Below are positions 38,501-49,312 of a DNA stretch of 64,000 bases, piece by piece. The notes beneath the pieces are model-generated. The model saw only the letters and a program-made list of their open reading frames with translations, did not search any database and had not been told where the DNA came from. Source of the DNA: Antedon mediterranea (taxonomy: Eukaryota; Animalia; Echinodermata). The stretch lies in contig NC_092673.1 in NCBI RefSeq assembly GCF_964355755.1, forward strand, positions 34,097,648 through 34,161,647, read 5' to 3'. Both the position numbers and the translations under genes were made by a program. Position 1 is the stretch's first letter. Each line of letters begins with the position of its first letter.

Positions 38501-40382
38501 TCTATAGCGTATGGACTGCTGCATTTCGATATATTTCGTATATTTATTTTTTTAACTAATAATATCATTGAATTGTTACAGGCTCTCATAACCTTTATCT
38601 TTACAACGTAAGCTCCAGTGAATGGGAAATATTTGATTTTGATGCCCACAACGGCCAGGAAGACTACCAAATCTACCCCGATGACGAACCCGTACCATAC
38701 ACTTTTGTTACGTACTACATCTACCTACGGCGAGTTCCGACGTATTTTGTGTTCTACTTGATTATGCCGTGTACTCTGATTTCAGCTACTACATTGCTGA
38801 GTTTTTTTCTACCCCCTGAGTCAGGCGAGAAGGTGAGCCTGGGCATTACTGTTCTCCTCTCTCTAACGGTCTTCCTTCTACTTGTGGCTGAGCTGCTACC
38901 GCCTACTGGTGCCGTTCCGATAATTGGTAGGTTCGCTATTGATTTGTATTGGTGTATCATTGGAACAACACTGTTGAATAGCAGGATCTGTCTTGCAACG
39001 ACCAGGACCAAAGACGCAGTGACGTCATATAGAGACACTTTCGATTTGAGACAAACAGGTTATTACATATTAGGTTGTCAAGGTTATTTTAAAATCGAGT
39101 TTTATAGTCGGTTCCAACTAGGACGCTACGGAAGTTGTATTGACCAAGTGACAGATTACAAAAACAGTTGCTTCTGATTGGTCAAATTACTTGTGTTGCG
39201 CGTGTGAACTTGTTTTGTGTCGTATAGTGGGAACAAGTTGTAGTCTCGCAGGTACAGTGTCTTAACATGACGTTACTGAGTCCCAGGTTCTGGGCCTCAC
39301 AAAATCTAAAGCTTGATAACATTATTTAGTAAACATTATACCCGAAAAATACTTCGTCTGTCAGAGTTGAAGACTTCATAATACCATGGAGAAATTATTT
39401 ATCCATGATAAATAGTAAAATACCAAGGTAATCTAACAACTGAGCTCGCCTTGCCAAGAAAAGAACTCGTACCAGTCCTTTAATCTTATGTCTGACAAAT
39501 ACCAACAGTCTGTAGGCCTAAGTACATATTCTCAGTGGCGCGCGGTGTCTGATTAAGGAGCATGTCGCAGCCACAGATAAACCATTTGATCTCCAGAGCT
39601 CAGCATTATGTTGTTAGATTACCTTGATAATACGTTTTTATTGCATAGATTGGTTTATTCATAATTAACTAAACTTTACTAAAAATAGAGATATATTTTG
39701 TTTTTTACTAGCCATATATTACGCTTCCACAATGGTGATGGTGTCATTGTCACTAACGATGTCCGTAGTAGTGCTGAACCTTCACCATAGAGGGCCTGAG
39801 AGCCAACCGGTACCGGGATGGTTGCGAAGATTGTTTTTAGGCCGGGTTGCTAAGCTGGTACTTATGAGAACCGTATCTCACAAGAAGCAGCACAACTCCG
39901 TGTGCAATAATATCGGGCATTTTGAATCGTCGCCGATGTCACGATACGGAAACCATCACACGTTACACCAGACGGTACGTTACGCGAAACGACGCCGGAA
40001 ACGTCCGGAAAAGATCGAAATGATCGACATTTGTGAGAACGACAGCCTACACTCGGACCTAGGCCTTGACATGGGCAATTCTGAACTTCTTCTTCCGCGG
40101 ATGGATATGGCGAACGAACACAGAGAATCAATAGATGAAACATCACCAGGTTCAAACAAGCTCAAAATGCGGGAAGTCGACATTCTGAGAAAACTCCTAG
40201 AAGAGTTTCGTAGCTTTAAAATGATAATCATTGATAAAACAAAGAACGAACAATTTCACGGAGAATGGAAACAGGTCGCGCTGGTTGTTGATCGTATTTT
40301 TATGCTCTTTTACTTTTTAGGGACACTATTGACTTTGTTGTTAGTAATAAAACAAGTAGATTTTAATGAAGAAAGTAATTAA
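20488..40382 (+). CDS. Nicotinic acetylcholine receptor subunit, alpha9/alpha10-like but lacking the loop C vicinal cysteines; spliced gene model join(20488..20581,31743..31882,35408..35452,35912..36021,38049..38251,38582..38926,39712..40382), 1608 nt, 535 aa
   Basis: All introns are GT-AG and all phases join in frame. Cys-loop [15 protein letters not shown] (C-x13-C), WMPDLWLYN, M1-M2 PPESGEKVSLGITVLLSLTVFLLLVAE, M3 YYASTMVMVSLSLTMSVVVLNLHHR, MA/M4 EWKQVALVVDRIF. The first exon is less certain than the others. Confidence 0.9.
20963..21259. repeat. Tandem repeat, ~73-75 bp x 4, with a variable (CA)n
   Basis: caagttattcttggccaccctaccacataatgccgaccgaggcttagtaaaatgacacaaaaatcacac. Confidence 0.92.
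22300..22593 (-). mobile_element. Degenerate tRNA-derived SINE
   Basis: Minus strand begins agtggagctttggtttggtggtttag... (A-box-like), then ...cagggtcttggtttaaaatc (B-box-like). The 3' extent is approximate. Confidence 0.45.
22960..23625. repeat. Degenerate (GTC/ATC/GAC)-rich repeat with ~90-bp subunits
   Basis: Recurring cacaatcgtcaccattgtcgtt...cttcataaacg...gacgtaataat. Confidence 0.7.
26560..26736. repeat. Pyrimidine-rich degenerate (GTTCTCT..CCC) repeat
   Basis: Directly visible. Confidence 0.7.
28300..28556. repeat. Diverged ~100-bp tandem duplication interrupted by a short insert
   Basis: aaaaatactgcacaa.cc...tataagat...acaaacagttca at ~28323 and ~28479. Confidence 0.6.
29450..29576. 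mobile_element. Family-A-like MITE remnant
   Basis: ccaatcacaagcga core and right TIR ctagtggaaaccaagct. Confidence 0.65.
30445..30499 (+). mobile_element. Retroposon 3' end with AATAAA and (TGAA)n tail; inverted copy at ~1976-2032
   Basis: ccagagattccgaaataaaagattgaatgaa here is the reverse complement of ttcattcaatcttttatttcggaatctctgg at ~1986-2016. Confidence 0.55.
31743..31882 (+). CDS. nAChR exon 2 (140 bp): FVASSEHKRLREVLFTDYDVSVRPVINSSDPTVIDLQFFVAQVLDV
   Basis: Acceptor ttttcctccag and donor gtaagt; typical N-terminal helix and YD..VRPV motif. Confidence 0.92.
32758..32940. mobile_element. Internally deleted copy of the CACTG-ended MITE in nAChR intron 2
   Basis: TA|CACTG...CAGTG|TA; the 3' end atgggtacaaaatacatgtttaagatctaaacactatttt matches 1778-1818. 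Confidence 0.7.
33940..34112. repeat. C-rich degenerate repeat (cca.cctct)
   Basis: Directly visible. Confidence 0.65.
35408..35452 (+). CDS. nAChR exon 3 (45 bp): DERRETFKINAWLTM (loop D Trp)
   Basis: Acceptor tttgcag and donor gtaagt; this is the 45-bp exon typical of nAChR genes. Confidence 0.92.
35912..36021 (+). CDS. nAChR exon 4 (110 bp): RWIDEYLRWDPEDYNGVFNFKTSNEKVWMPDLWLYN
   Basis: Acceptor ttcacag and donor gtgagt; W.D..L.W.P.DY.G and W.PD..LYN motifs. This frame is not shown in the ORF track. Confidence 0.93.
36122..36378. repeat. Degenerate ~40-bp tandem repeat, ~6 copies
   Basis: acacgttttgtacgcgcgcgttcaaatgctgat. Confidence 0.75.
37546..37673. mobile_element. MITE family C (TIR AGCTCTGTCTACACTATCAAAC), TAA target duplication
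   Basis: TAA|agctctgtcaacactatcaaac...gtttgataatgtagacagagct|TAA; further copies at 6041, 53727 and 54564. Confidence 0.8.
37855..37950. repeat. 15-bp tandem repeat x 6 (CAAGCTATACTACAT)
   Basis: Directly visible. Confidence 0.92.
38049..38251 (+). CDS. nAChR exon 5 (203 bp) with Cys-loop and loop B
   Basis: Acceptor tttttcag and donor gtaagc; [36 protein letters not shown]. Confidence 0.95.
38582..38926 (+). CDS. nAChR exon 6 (345 bp): loops F and C, M1, M2
   Basis: Acceptor ttacag and donor gtaggt; SSEWEIFDFDAHNGQEDYQIYPDDEPVPYTFVTYYIYLRRVPTYFVFYLIMPC...GEKVSLGITVLLSLTVFLLLVAELLPPTGAVPII. Confidence 0.95.
39108..39239. mobile_element. Degenerate family-A-like MITE in nAChR intron 6
   Basis: ggttccaactag ... 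gattggtcaaattacttg ... tagtgggaacaag. Confidence 0.55.
39712..40382 (+). CDS. nAChR last exon: M3, intracellular loop, M4, stop
   Basis: Acceptor ttttttactag in phase 1; IYYASTMVMVSLS...PVPGWLRRLFL...EWKQVALVVDRIFMLFYF; TAA at 40380-40382. Confidence 0.95.
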
Positions 40383-40714
40383 CCTATTATGCTGAAGAAA
40401 AAGATGAAAATATTGATTATGCCGTTTAAGCGGTGATGTTGAGCGTTGCCACTAAGATGTTGTGACTGGATGGCTCGCACGTGGTTCTGTTTTATGAATT
40501 AGCCGAGCATTACCGCCAAGAGAAACAGTCCATATTTTGTGGACGTAGAGTGGTTGTAGAGCTGTTTTATTGATAAGATATTGTATATCATTCAACACGT
40601 TTTATGTATACGATTGACGTATATGAAGAAGAGGATTTAAGTATACGATTGACGTATATCAAGGAGAAATGTTTTATAGCTTGTAAAATAACGGTTTGAT
40701 AAAGCAAGATTGTA

Positions 40715-41025
40715 TCATCATTGTCACCAATATAAATATTTGTCACTAGTAACAATAATTGTCACAGATATTAATTATTGTCACCAATATACACGATTTT
40801 CGTCTATATCAATGATTGTCACCAATATACACGATTGTCACTAATAACAATGATTGACACAAATATCAATAATTGTCACATATATTGATTATTGTAATAT
40901 AAATGATTGTCACCGATTCCAATTGTCTCTAATATCAATCATTGTAACCAATAACAAATATTATCACCGATATCAATCATTGTAATCAATAACAAATATT
41001 ATCACCGATATCAATCATTGTCATC
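40715..41025. repeat. Degenerate ~19-bp repeat (attgtcaccaatatcaatg) downstream of the nAChR stop
   Basis: Directly visible. Confidence 0.75.
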
Positions 41026-41178
41026 ATGTCATTATTTTGTTGGTTAAGTTGATTAACGAATCATAAGTCAGCGTTATGTCTTTCGAATGTTAATTTAATC
41101 ATTAATGGTTAATTTGCATATATTGCGTGTGCAGAGTTTATAATAGATTGCTGTCCACCTGTAATTAGTTATTTGAGA

Positions 41179-41184
41179 ATAAAC
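41179..41184 (+). other. Candidate polyadenylation signal AATAAA for the nAChR gene
   Basis: First AATAAA I noticed downstream of the stop codon, about 800 nt after it. Confidence 0.3.
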
Positions 41185-42747
41185 CAAAATGACATTTGTT
41201 TCATATCAAATTGTACTAACAGTAAAACATAACAGGTTACTACCAGCAATCCTTTCAGACTTAAAACAAGTTGAAAAGAAGATAAGTTTTAGACTGTTTC
41301 CAGGTATTTAATTTCTTTATTTTGTACTAACCGCGTGGTATCCGAGTATTTGCTACGTGTTTGTGATAGATGCAATATATAATTGGGATTTCGTCATAGT
41401 GAGGTCCTGTGATGGAAAAACCCCCATATTTACGATCTTAAGTGAATTATTGGCCTATACTACTAAATAACATCCCACAAATGCCTCCGGTGTTTTATTT
41501 ACCTCTGTATTCGGAAAGGGTAAATTTAAAACTGGAAAGTACGCGAAAATGGTACAGGAGCGGGTACGTGCTTTTCTAACATGTCTCCTTGTGTTATAAC
41601 GACTTATTATAATACCCACGATATTAAGATATATATTAAACGTCACATTTGGAAAATATCGTAATTTATTCAACCTAATATTACATGATAATTTACAGCA
41701 TTTTTCTCAGAAATATTTTCAGTATGTATGATATTTTTATACGACATCATTTTAGTTTGGCCCTTGAAAGGGTTTAGATTAATAATTTACAGTACAGTTA
41801 TAATTTAATCATGCTCGTTACGTAAGTTCATAAGTGTAAAAAGTGATACTTTATACCATATATTTTAAACATTTTTTGGTGAAGTTTAGGGCTATTAGTA
41901 AAATTCGATGACAAATTTGCATCATAAATGTTTCATATCATGTTAATATAACGTCTGGCTTTATTAACTCCGGATATGCCAAAGCTATCAGCTTTCTTAC
42001 GCTAATCTATGGTTTAGTTCAGACCGATGTATATCCGCGTATTATTATTTAGGTATCCAAAAAGTTACCATAATATGCATCGTTGTACGCGAAACACGTA
42101 CGTGCGCGCGTGCATTTAAACATCGATAATCCACATTCATTTTTGTTTGCCTTTTTTATGACGACACTGAAAATTTGAAACATATTGAAGGTATGTTATA
42201 TATTTTTAGAATACATAACCAGAACATTTACTAATATTTTATATTTAATAACACAATTATAACTAACTGATTGTTATATAGCCATGACCACAATATTATC
42301 GTACTTCTCAATATTTTGTTTACTTTGTACAAGCATGGTCGTGCGCATTATAGAGGCCTATTATTAATAATATGTATGTCTTGGGCAATGTATGGGACGA
42401 CGTATTAGGCCTATACATACAGATTATATATTCTATTCTTTGAGTAAATACGTATATAAAGTGGAAATTGTTTGCATATCATGGCCGTATTCACCAACAC
42501 TTAAGTGATAAGTAATAAGTAATACTTACTTAATACTTACTTACTCATTACTTATATTTCGAGGTGTTCTGTAGACTTAAAGGCCAATTTACACAGACAA
42601 GCGGTATTACGGTAAGCGTGTTTGTCCCACGTAGACATGAGGGGCTCCGCGTTTTAGCATCAATGGTCATAAGAAATATTGATTCTATAGGCCTAGTTGT
42701 CCACACTTACCATTGTTGCTCGACTGTATAAATTGCATTAAGCCTAA

Positions 42748-42906
42748 AGCGTGGTTCCCACTAGCGACGCAACGCAAGGACGTAACGCAACGCAAGTGAA
42801 TTGACCAATCACAAGCGATGGCTTATTCGCTTGTGATTGCTAACTGTCTATAACTTCGCTTGTCATCGTTTACGTCCTTGCGTTACGTTCTAGTGGGAAC
42901 CAAGCC
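42748..42906. mobile_element. MITE family A, inverted relative to the 7047 copy
   Basis: Near-exact reverse complement of 7047-7224 with a short internal deletion; preceded by TAA. Confidence 0.8.
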
Positions 42907-45900
42907 TTAGTGTGGTCATAACATAATAATTTCTGTCCGAAGCAGCACATAGAAGAAGTATATCAATTTTAATGCTAGGCCTAATGTTGGCTTCACATTG
43001 CATGCGAATGTTGCTACACGACACAGACTCTATAGATAGTTTCGCTAGGCTATTGGATGGCGATTCGTACAATTTGGCAAACATGGCATGCCATACCTAT
43101 AATTAAGCTGCTGGAAGTAAAACACCGGCTGGTGGCGCCCGCCGCTCTACGTATACGTCAAAAGAAGTCAACAGAAACCATAGCTTTAATTATATGTTTG
43201 TAAATTACGGTGTTTTATGCACAATTCCCATTATCAACCATTATTAAGATAGGCCTACAAAGCCACTTTGTACTTTTTCACAATAATACAAATAATGTGA
43301 ACAACTTTTAAAATAATAAATGCGTAGGAATTATCCCACGCATCAGACTTGAAGATCACCAGAGCAATGAGTGTTGTTTTTGTCTCTCTTGTTTGCGAGT
43401 TTGCATTTACACATTATGCAAGGCTTCTCCTACTAACACCCATATGTGGCCTAGATGAACACAGAGCACATAAGGCCTACACTAGCCACACATTAAAAAA
43501 ATAGAAAAAGAACACTATAAAACGTGTGCCTGGCCTAATACGAATGCTTATGTAACATTCGGATAGGACTACTACTTCAAACCTGAAAAAAAAAATGTTG
43601 GTGGCGCTATACTTGAATTTGTACATATCACGTTAAATTAATACAGTATCAGTATTGATTCATAGGACACCACTGTACATGTTTATAAGTTGTATTGGTA
43701 CTATTCTAATTAAAGGCCAGGCTATTCTAATTCAAAATATTATTAGATCTATTAATTTTATTTAAAGAAATCAAATCTAAAAGCGCTTTATTACCGTACT
43801 ATTATTACTAGTAAATTGAATTTGAAGAGACCACTTCTCTCAAAATAGGCCACAACACTTAACTAAATTTTTAGCTTATTATTACATTATATGATAATTA
43901 ATAACTAATCAAGTCTATGATAAAAAATAACTTAAAAATCATTTACTAAATTACATATTTTCAGTACAAAAAAAAAACGCGCCTGATAACTTCAATCAAG
44001 TATTTGCTGCCCTCTATAGTAAATAAGTGTTTGGTACTTTTTGTTTTGGTTAAAACAATTTACAGTATTTTTTCACTGTGAATCATTGCTTGTGAATCTG
44101 TAATCATTTTACACGGAATATTCGTGTATTGTTCGAATGAAATTAAAGGGTTATAACAAGTATTATACACGAGGAGACAATGTTTTATTAATGGGATATA
44201 GGCCTACTTTATTTTCATATGGTACCATGCATAAATTTTATTTGTATGACCTAAAAAACGAATCATAATCCTCGTCGTAACCGTATTACGACAAATGTAC
44301 GTCATATCAATCAATAGTAGGCCTAGCTCCGAGGCCTCATTATTACAGTATGGGCCTACATGAAATGTAACCGCGTTTACTCTTTGTCTCTCGTTGCGCA
44401 TTAGATTAGTTATCAAATTATTACTCAGATCGAAGCGGCCTAACCACAGGATTCTATTAATTATTTCGATGTGCAAGATGGATGAACGAAATTAATTAAT
44501 TAAGGCTTCAATCAATGAAAAGGAACAAAGAAACAACAAAATAATGATATTATTCATCATATCATCAAATAAGTGTAATTGTTTCTATATACAGCAGTGT
44601 GCGTGCCCTCTGATTGGGGTAGGGGTAGCAATAAACATATATTATCCCTTGTTCGTTTAACGGAAAGTATTTCTTTAATTAATAGGGGTATATCATGAAT
44701 AGAAAAAACTAACAATTACAAAAGATATCCAAATAATATTAAAAGTAATGTTAGCATGTACATTTTACATTAAAAAACGCACCGGCTCCTGATTTAGTAT
44801 GAGCGATGGATATTAAACTTTTTTTTTTATCAGAAACAAGTAAAAGATAGAAACATTGTATACTTTTAATCGTTACAACGCGTCAACAACAATGGTGAGA
44901 TGACGCGAATTTTGTGGAGTATGAAGTGTATAAATTAGGAGATACCGTGTGCATCTTATAATAGATAATAATTCTTGTCTGTCCAGAAAATTGAATAACA
45001 ACAATTCCTCTATAAGTTAACATTAAACATAATTCAGAAAACAAAATACTAAATGAATACTAATGTTTACTAATAGTATAATGGTATGATACTAAAGGTT
45101 AAAATTATGATATCAATGAGGAAAAAACAGAAAATAATGAAAAAATGTAAAAAATGTTTAGAAATTATGTAATAAAATATAAAGGTGGTGAACCACAAAA
45201 GATAAAAAAAACCATCAAACATAATGATCTTAAAGGACGTATTCCCCAAGATGGATTTCTCCATATGTTTTGTCTTATAGGCCCACTTCATAATAAGGTA
45301 TTGTATATTCAAATAAAGGTGGGATGAGCCATTTTGTCAACATTAACATTTAGATAATTAGTGTTATTTTACCCGTTTTTATTTTGTTCCTGACTCACAA
45401 GCGGGTAGATCAAGCCCTCTCGTCACCTTCTGGATACACTGTTTAACCAGGTTGTACAGCGGTTTTTGTCGTCACTGGGTAAAATAAAAGGTGGGACAAA
45501 GAAGACAAAAGGATATATTTTGGAACAGGTGTGACGTTAAGACGAAAGCCAATCAAATTAAATCAAAACAATTGAATACATTATAATGTTCTTTGTTTTC
45601 TTCGTGGCCATTATTTTATACAGTGGTTGTAAACGTTAAAGATGGTCAGATCAGGGTCAGGCTGGATTTCCTGGTCGGATAATTACAAATCTGTAAACAT
45701 TTATAAGGGGACGATACATCTTTAACAAAATGAAATGTTCAACATTTTATATGCCGTGTTATATTAGTCAAATATGAACATGGTTCTGATTTTATTAATC
45801 TTCATTTTCATTTTAAACAAATCAAAATCTGTTACTGCGACGACACGTTTAGGTGAATGAGACGTACATGCGCACTATCTTTGATATAGAACTCTTATGG

Positions 45901-48097
45901 AACTCTACAACACAGGCACAAGAAAGTGTTCCTTTGAAAAGTGTGCAATCTAATTATACGGGCTTTGTTTTAGTGTTAAAACACATTATACCGGTATCGT
46001 TCACTTCCTCTACGTGCGATGTCCCAATTAGGGCATTGTCTTGAAGTTAAAACAGTACATTGCCCGTATCCCTTTAATATAGGGAATCCTCTAAAATAGG
46101 GATTGTCTTAATGTTAAAATATACATCATAATTGCATTGACTCGTTCGTTAGTTGGAAAAGTAGGTTAATAGGTGAAATGGACATCGAAGTTATAGGGGT
46201 AATCCTGATAGTGACAGATTGCGTGTTGTTTTTATTGTCTTTTTTAATCTTCTGGTTATGATACATTATTATTAAAATCGAGGAGTTACTTACTTATTGA
46301 ATACTCATTTTCTTTTTAAATAAATAATGTAATACTGTTGCACTGTTACTCTGCAATGTAAATACTGTACTTTACTCTTTATTCAATACCATTTTTTTTT
46401 CATGCTGGATGACGATGTATCCCACTACAAACACACCGATATAATTATACTGTTGTACGTGAGAATAACCCCAGGGGGCAGTCGGTGGTAATTGTTCTAT
46501 TCATCCCCTACATATCTTGCTTTACGCAAGAACAAAAGGGATTAAGTATTACAAAGCACTGGCACGCGACTTTAGTGATAAACTTGTAGTGAATCCAGTG
46601 GACCATTGGCTGTGACAACGACAGCCACAATACAGCTGAACGAATTAGATTGCATAAACAACTCCTGATGCGACTCTGCTGTGTGAACGTACGCTCTGAT
46701 GATGACGACATTCGACAACGCATGTAGGGTATGAATTACACCACACTGACGAGTCAGTATCAGTATGATGACGTGATAGGGAGTGGAAAGTGCGGGGTGT
46801 GGAAAGGGGTTTCATATGAAATGGTCAAATGGTAAAGAGAGAGGGAACATTAATTTCACTACAATTGATAAAATAAAAGTGAAACGTAAATGAAGGCTCA
46901 GGGCCTGCAACACGCACTTTCCAGCCGTTCCGAGTCGCCTCCCAACTGGACCCGTCTATTATTATAGTGACCTATTATAGTCATAGCCTCCCAAAAGTAA
47001 TCCTGAAATATTTAATATTGGCGTACAATAGTGTGTACGGTACTATTGCACGCTGTAATCATCATCCAATCAAATGTCAGGAATTTATTATAGGTGTTAT
47101 ATAATACCAAATAATCAATATCAATATATTTCAGCATCACCCCATAGTATACAAAAGAAAACAAAAGCATCAGTAAAATTCAAAAACACAAACACAATGC
47201 TCTCAGTATGAATTGATATCAATCCGGGCCTATTATGATCCAGTTTTTTCTTCATCTGTGGCAGCGATACAATCCGTTTAAACAATCTCTGTACTGAGTT
47301 ACAGTTTATATAGCATATGCGTTCTTCGTGACTATATATAGACATGTCAAAATGGATGCTACAAAGACTGTATCTAGGTTACCGGTCGTCGTTGAAATAA
47401 CCCATTATGTATCGTGGAATCAATATAGATAATATCAGTCGTATCCTGTAAATGGATCATCAGCATTTTCTTATTAAATCAGTGTAAAGATTGAGTCTTA
47501 ATTAAAATGTCACACAAAGAGTTTGCAAATCAAGTGACATTATTAGAATGGGCTTAGTAGTACATCCACAGCACAAAGTTATGATATCGCAATATTTTTT
47601 TTAATCTGTATTTAATATTGTGTTTCATGGGTGCCAATTTGGAACCGTAAACACAATGTGCACTGCATGTGTTCCGATAGATAGCCTATAGAGTTCAATA
47701 AACATAATAAAACTCCTATTCACATTGAGGGACCCAACAAAATAAAAGTGTCTCTTAATAATAGAGGTATAGAGTTAAAACACTCTTTGGTTGGTTGGGA
47801 AGTGTTCTCTGTCCTCTGAAAAATGAATTCTACTGTATATGCGTTAGTTGTCTGTATTATGCGTTTGTTGTCTGTATTATGCGTTTGTGCGTTATTAATT
47901 TTCATTTATGTAATTAATTTTCTTCAAATTTTCCTTTCTCAGAAATGATATACGTTCTAGTTTAAGTTTTATTTATTTTAAAAGGCCAAAACTCGATAAG
48001 CGAAAGCTTTTTTTTTTTGGTCTTTTGTCTTTAGTTTTGATTTTATGTATGTGAAAAAGAACAAACAAGAAAGAAAGACAATAAAGATTATTATAGA

Positions 48098-48277
48098 GTT
48101 GTCTATATGCGTTTGTTGTCTGTATTATGCGTTTGTTGTCTGTATTATGCGTTGTATTATGCGTTTGTTGTCTGTATTATGCGTTTGTTGTCTGTATTAT
48201 GCGTTTGTTGTCTGTATTATGCGTTTGTTGTCTGTATTATGCGTTAGTTGTCTATATGCGTTAGTTGTCTGTATGCC
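48098..48277. repeat. 20-bp tandem repeat (GCGTTTGTTGTCTGTATTAT), ~8 copies; shorter copy at ~47835-47890
   Basis: Directly visible. Confidence 0.9.
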
Positions 48278-48859
48278 TTTCCCATCAATCATGTTCCAGA
48301 AATAGGAGTGTCCAAAAGAGCCTGTTCGTTGTTTCACAGGAAAGTGCACCCTTAATATAGAGTGTCCCAGAGATATGGATGTTTAAAAGGTGTGTTTGTA
48401 TTTCTAAAATTGTATTTAGTTTTATGATAGATTCATTATTCAAAAGGGTAATAAACCGATTTTTTTTACCGAAATGAAGGAAACAGCTCGTTAATAAAGG
48501 ATCGTCCATGTTTTCTAAAATTATGAAAACTTCAACAATAAAGAAGTGACCTTTTAAACCAGTACCAGTTTATTTCGTAAAAGCTTATGCACACTACCCT
48601 CCAATGTTTTCAATGCCCCAAGTTTAGTTAGAGGTAAACAATAAGATTGTTAATGGATGGAACAAAAGAAGGATGAAAACAAAGAACTCGCACGCGACCA
48701 ATTTTGTGATAGGTGAAAGACAAAAGAATGGTTTAATAGAAGAAAACAACAAAGAGTAAACAAAGTATAGGAAAAACCACACATATGAAAAATCTATGCT
48801 CTATTTATCCTTGTTTACATATATTTTTATTGTTTAGAAATATTGATGCTAAAGTTTTA

Positions 48860-49312
48860 GGAAAGTAATGCTAGCGCCATCTACATAAATACTACTTTAT
48901 TCCATCCATTTTATTTCACTGTGTTTTACTACATTTAACACAAAATATATTATTCAAAAACCATCTACATGTCCAATTACTATGGTTTATTTAATACTAT
49001 ATCGTACTTTTTATTAAGAAAACTCCAATAAGCATGTACTTTATAATTACGTAATATAGGAAATAACCAATCACCACACAAAGCGGACTTGGCAGACGAC
49101 CTTCATGGTCACAACGCTGGCGGCGTTTTACTAAAACAGCAGACAACTGAAATATCGAAAGTACGCTACATTAGCGAGTTGAAAGCGTACGAGAGAGGTG
49201 TGTGTGAAGCGAAGAAGTACATACAGCTGTAGGGCCTAGCAATACTGGATAACGCACAGCTGTTCGAGGTTTACAGAAGAATAGCAGAAGCTAGCCCTCC
49301 CTTCTTTCTCTA
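48860..49312 (+). promoter_or_regulatory. Probable CPEB promoter / 5' UTR
   Basis: CpG-containing stretch 49080-49310 directly upstream of the ATG, CCAAT box (aaccaatca, ~49065-49073) and a CTCF-like core tagcgccatcta (~48872-48883). Confidence 0.45.

Noticed and set aside
39862-40231. Antisense ORFs over the nAChR last exon (likewise 50230-50631 over CPEB)
   Set aside because: Shadow ORFs of real coding exons with no recognisable motifs.
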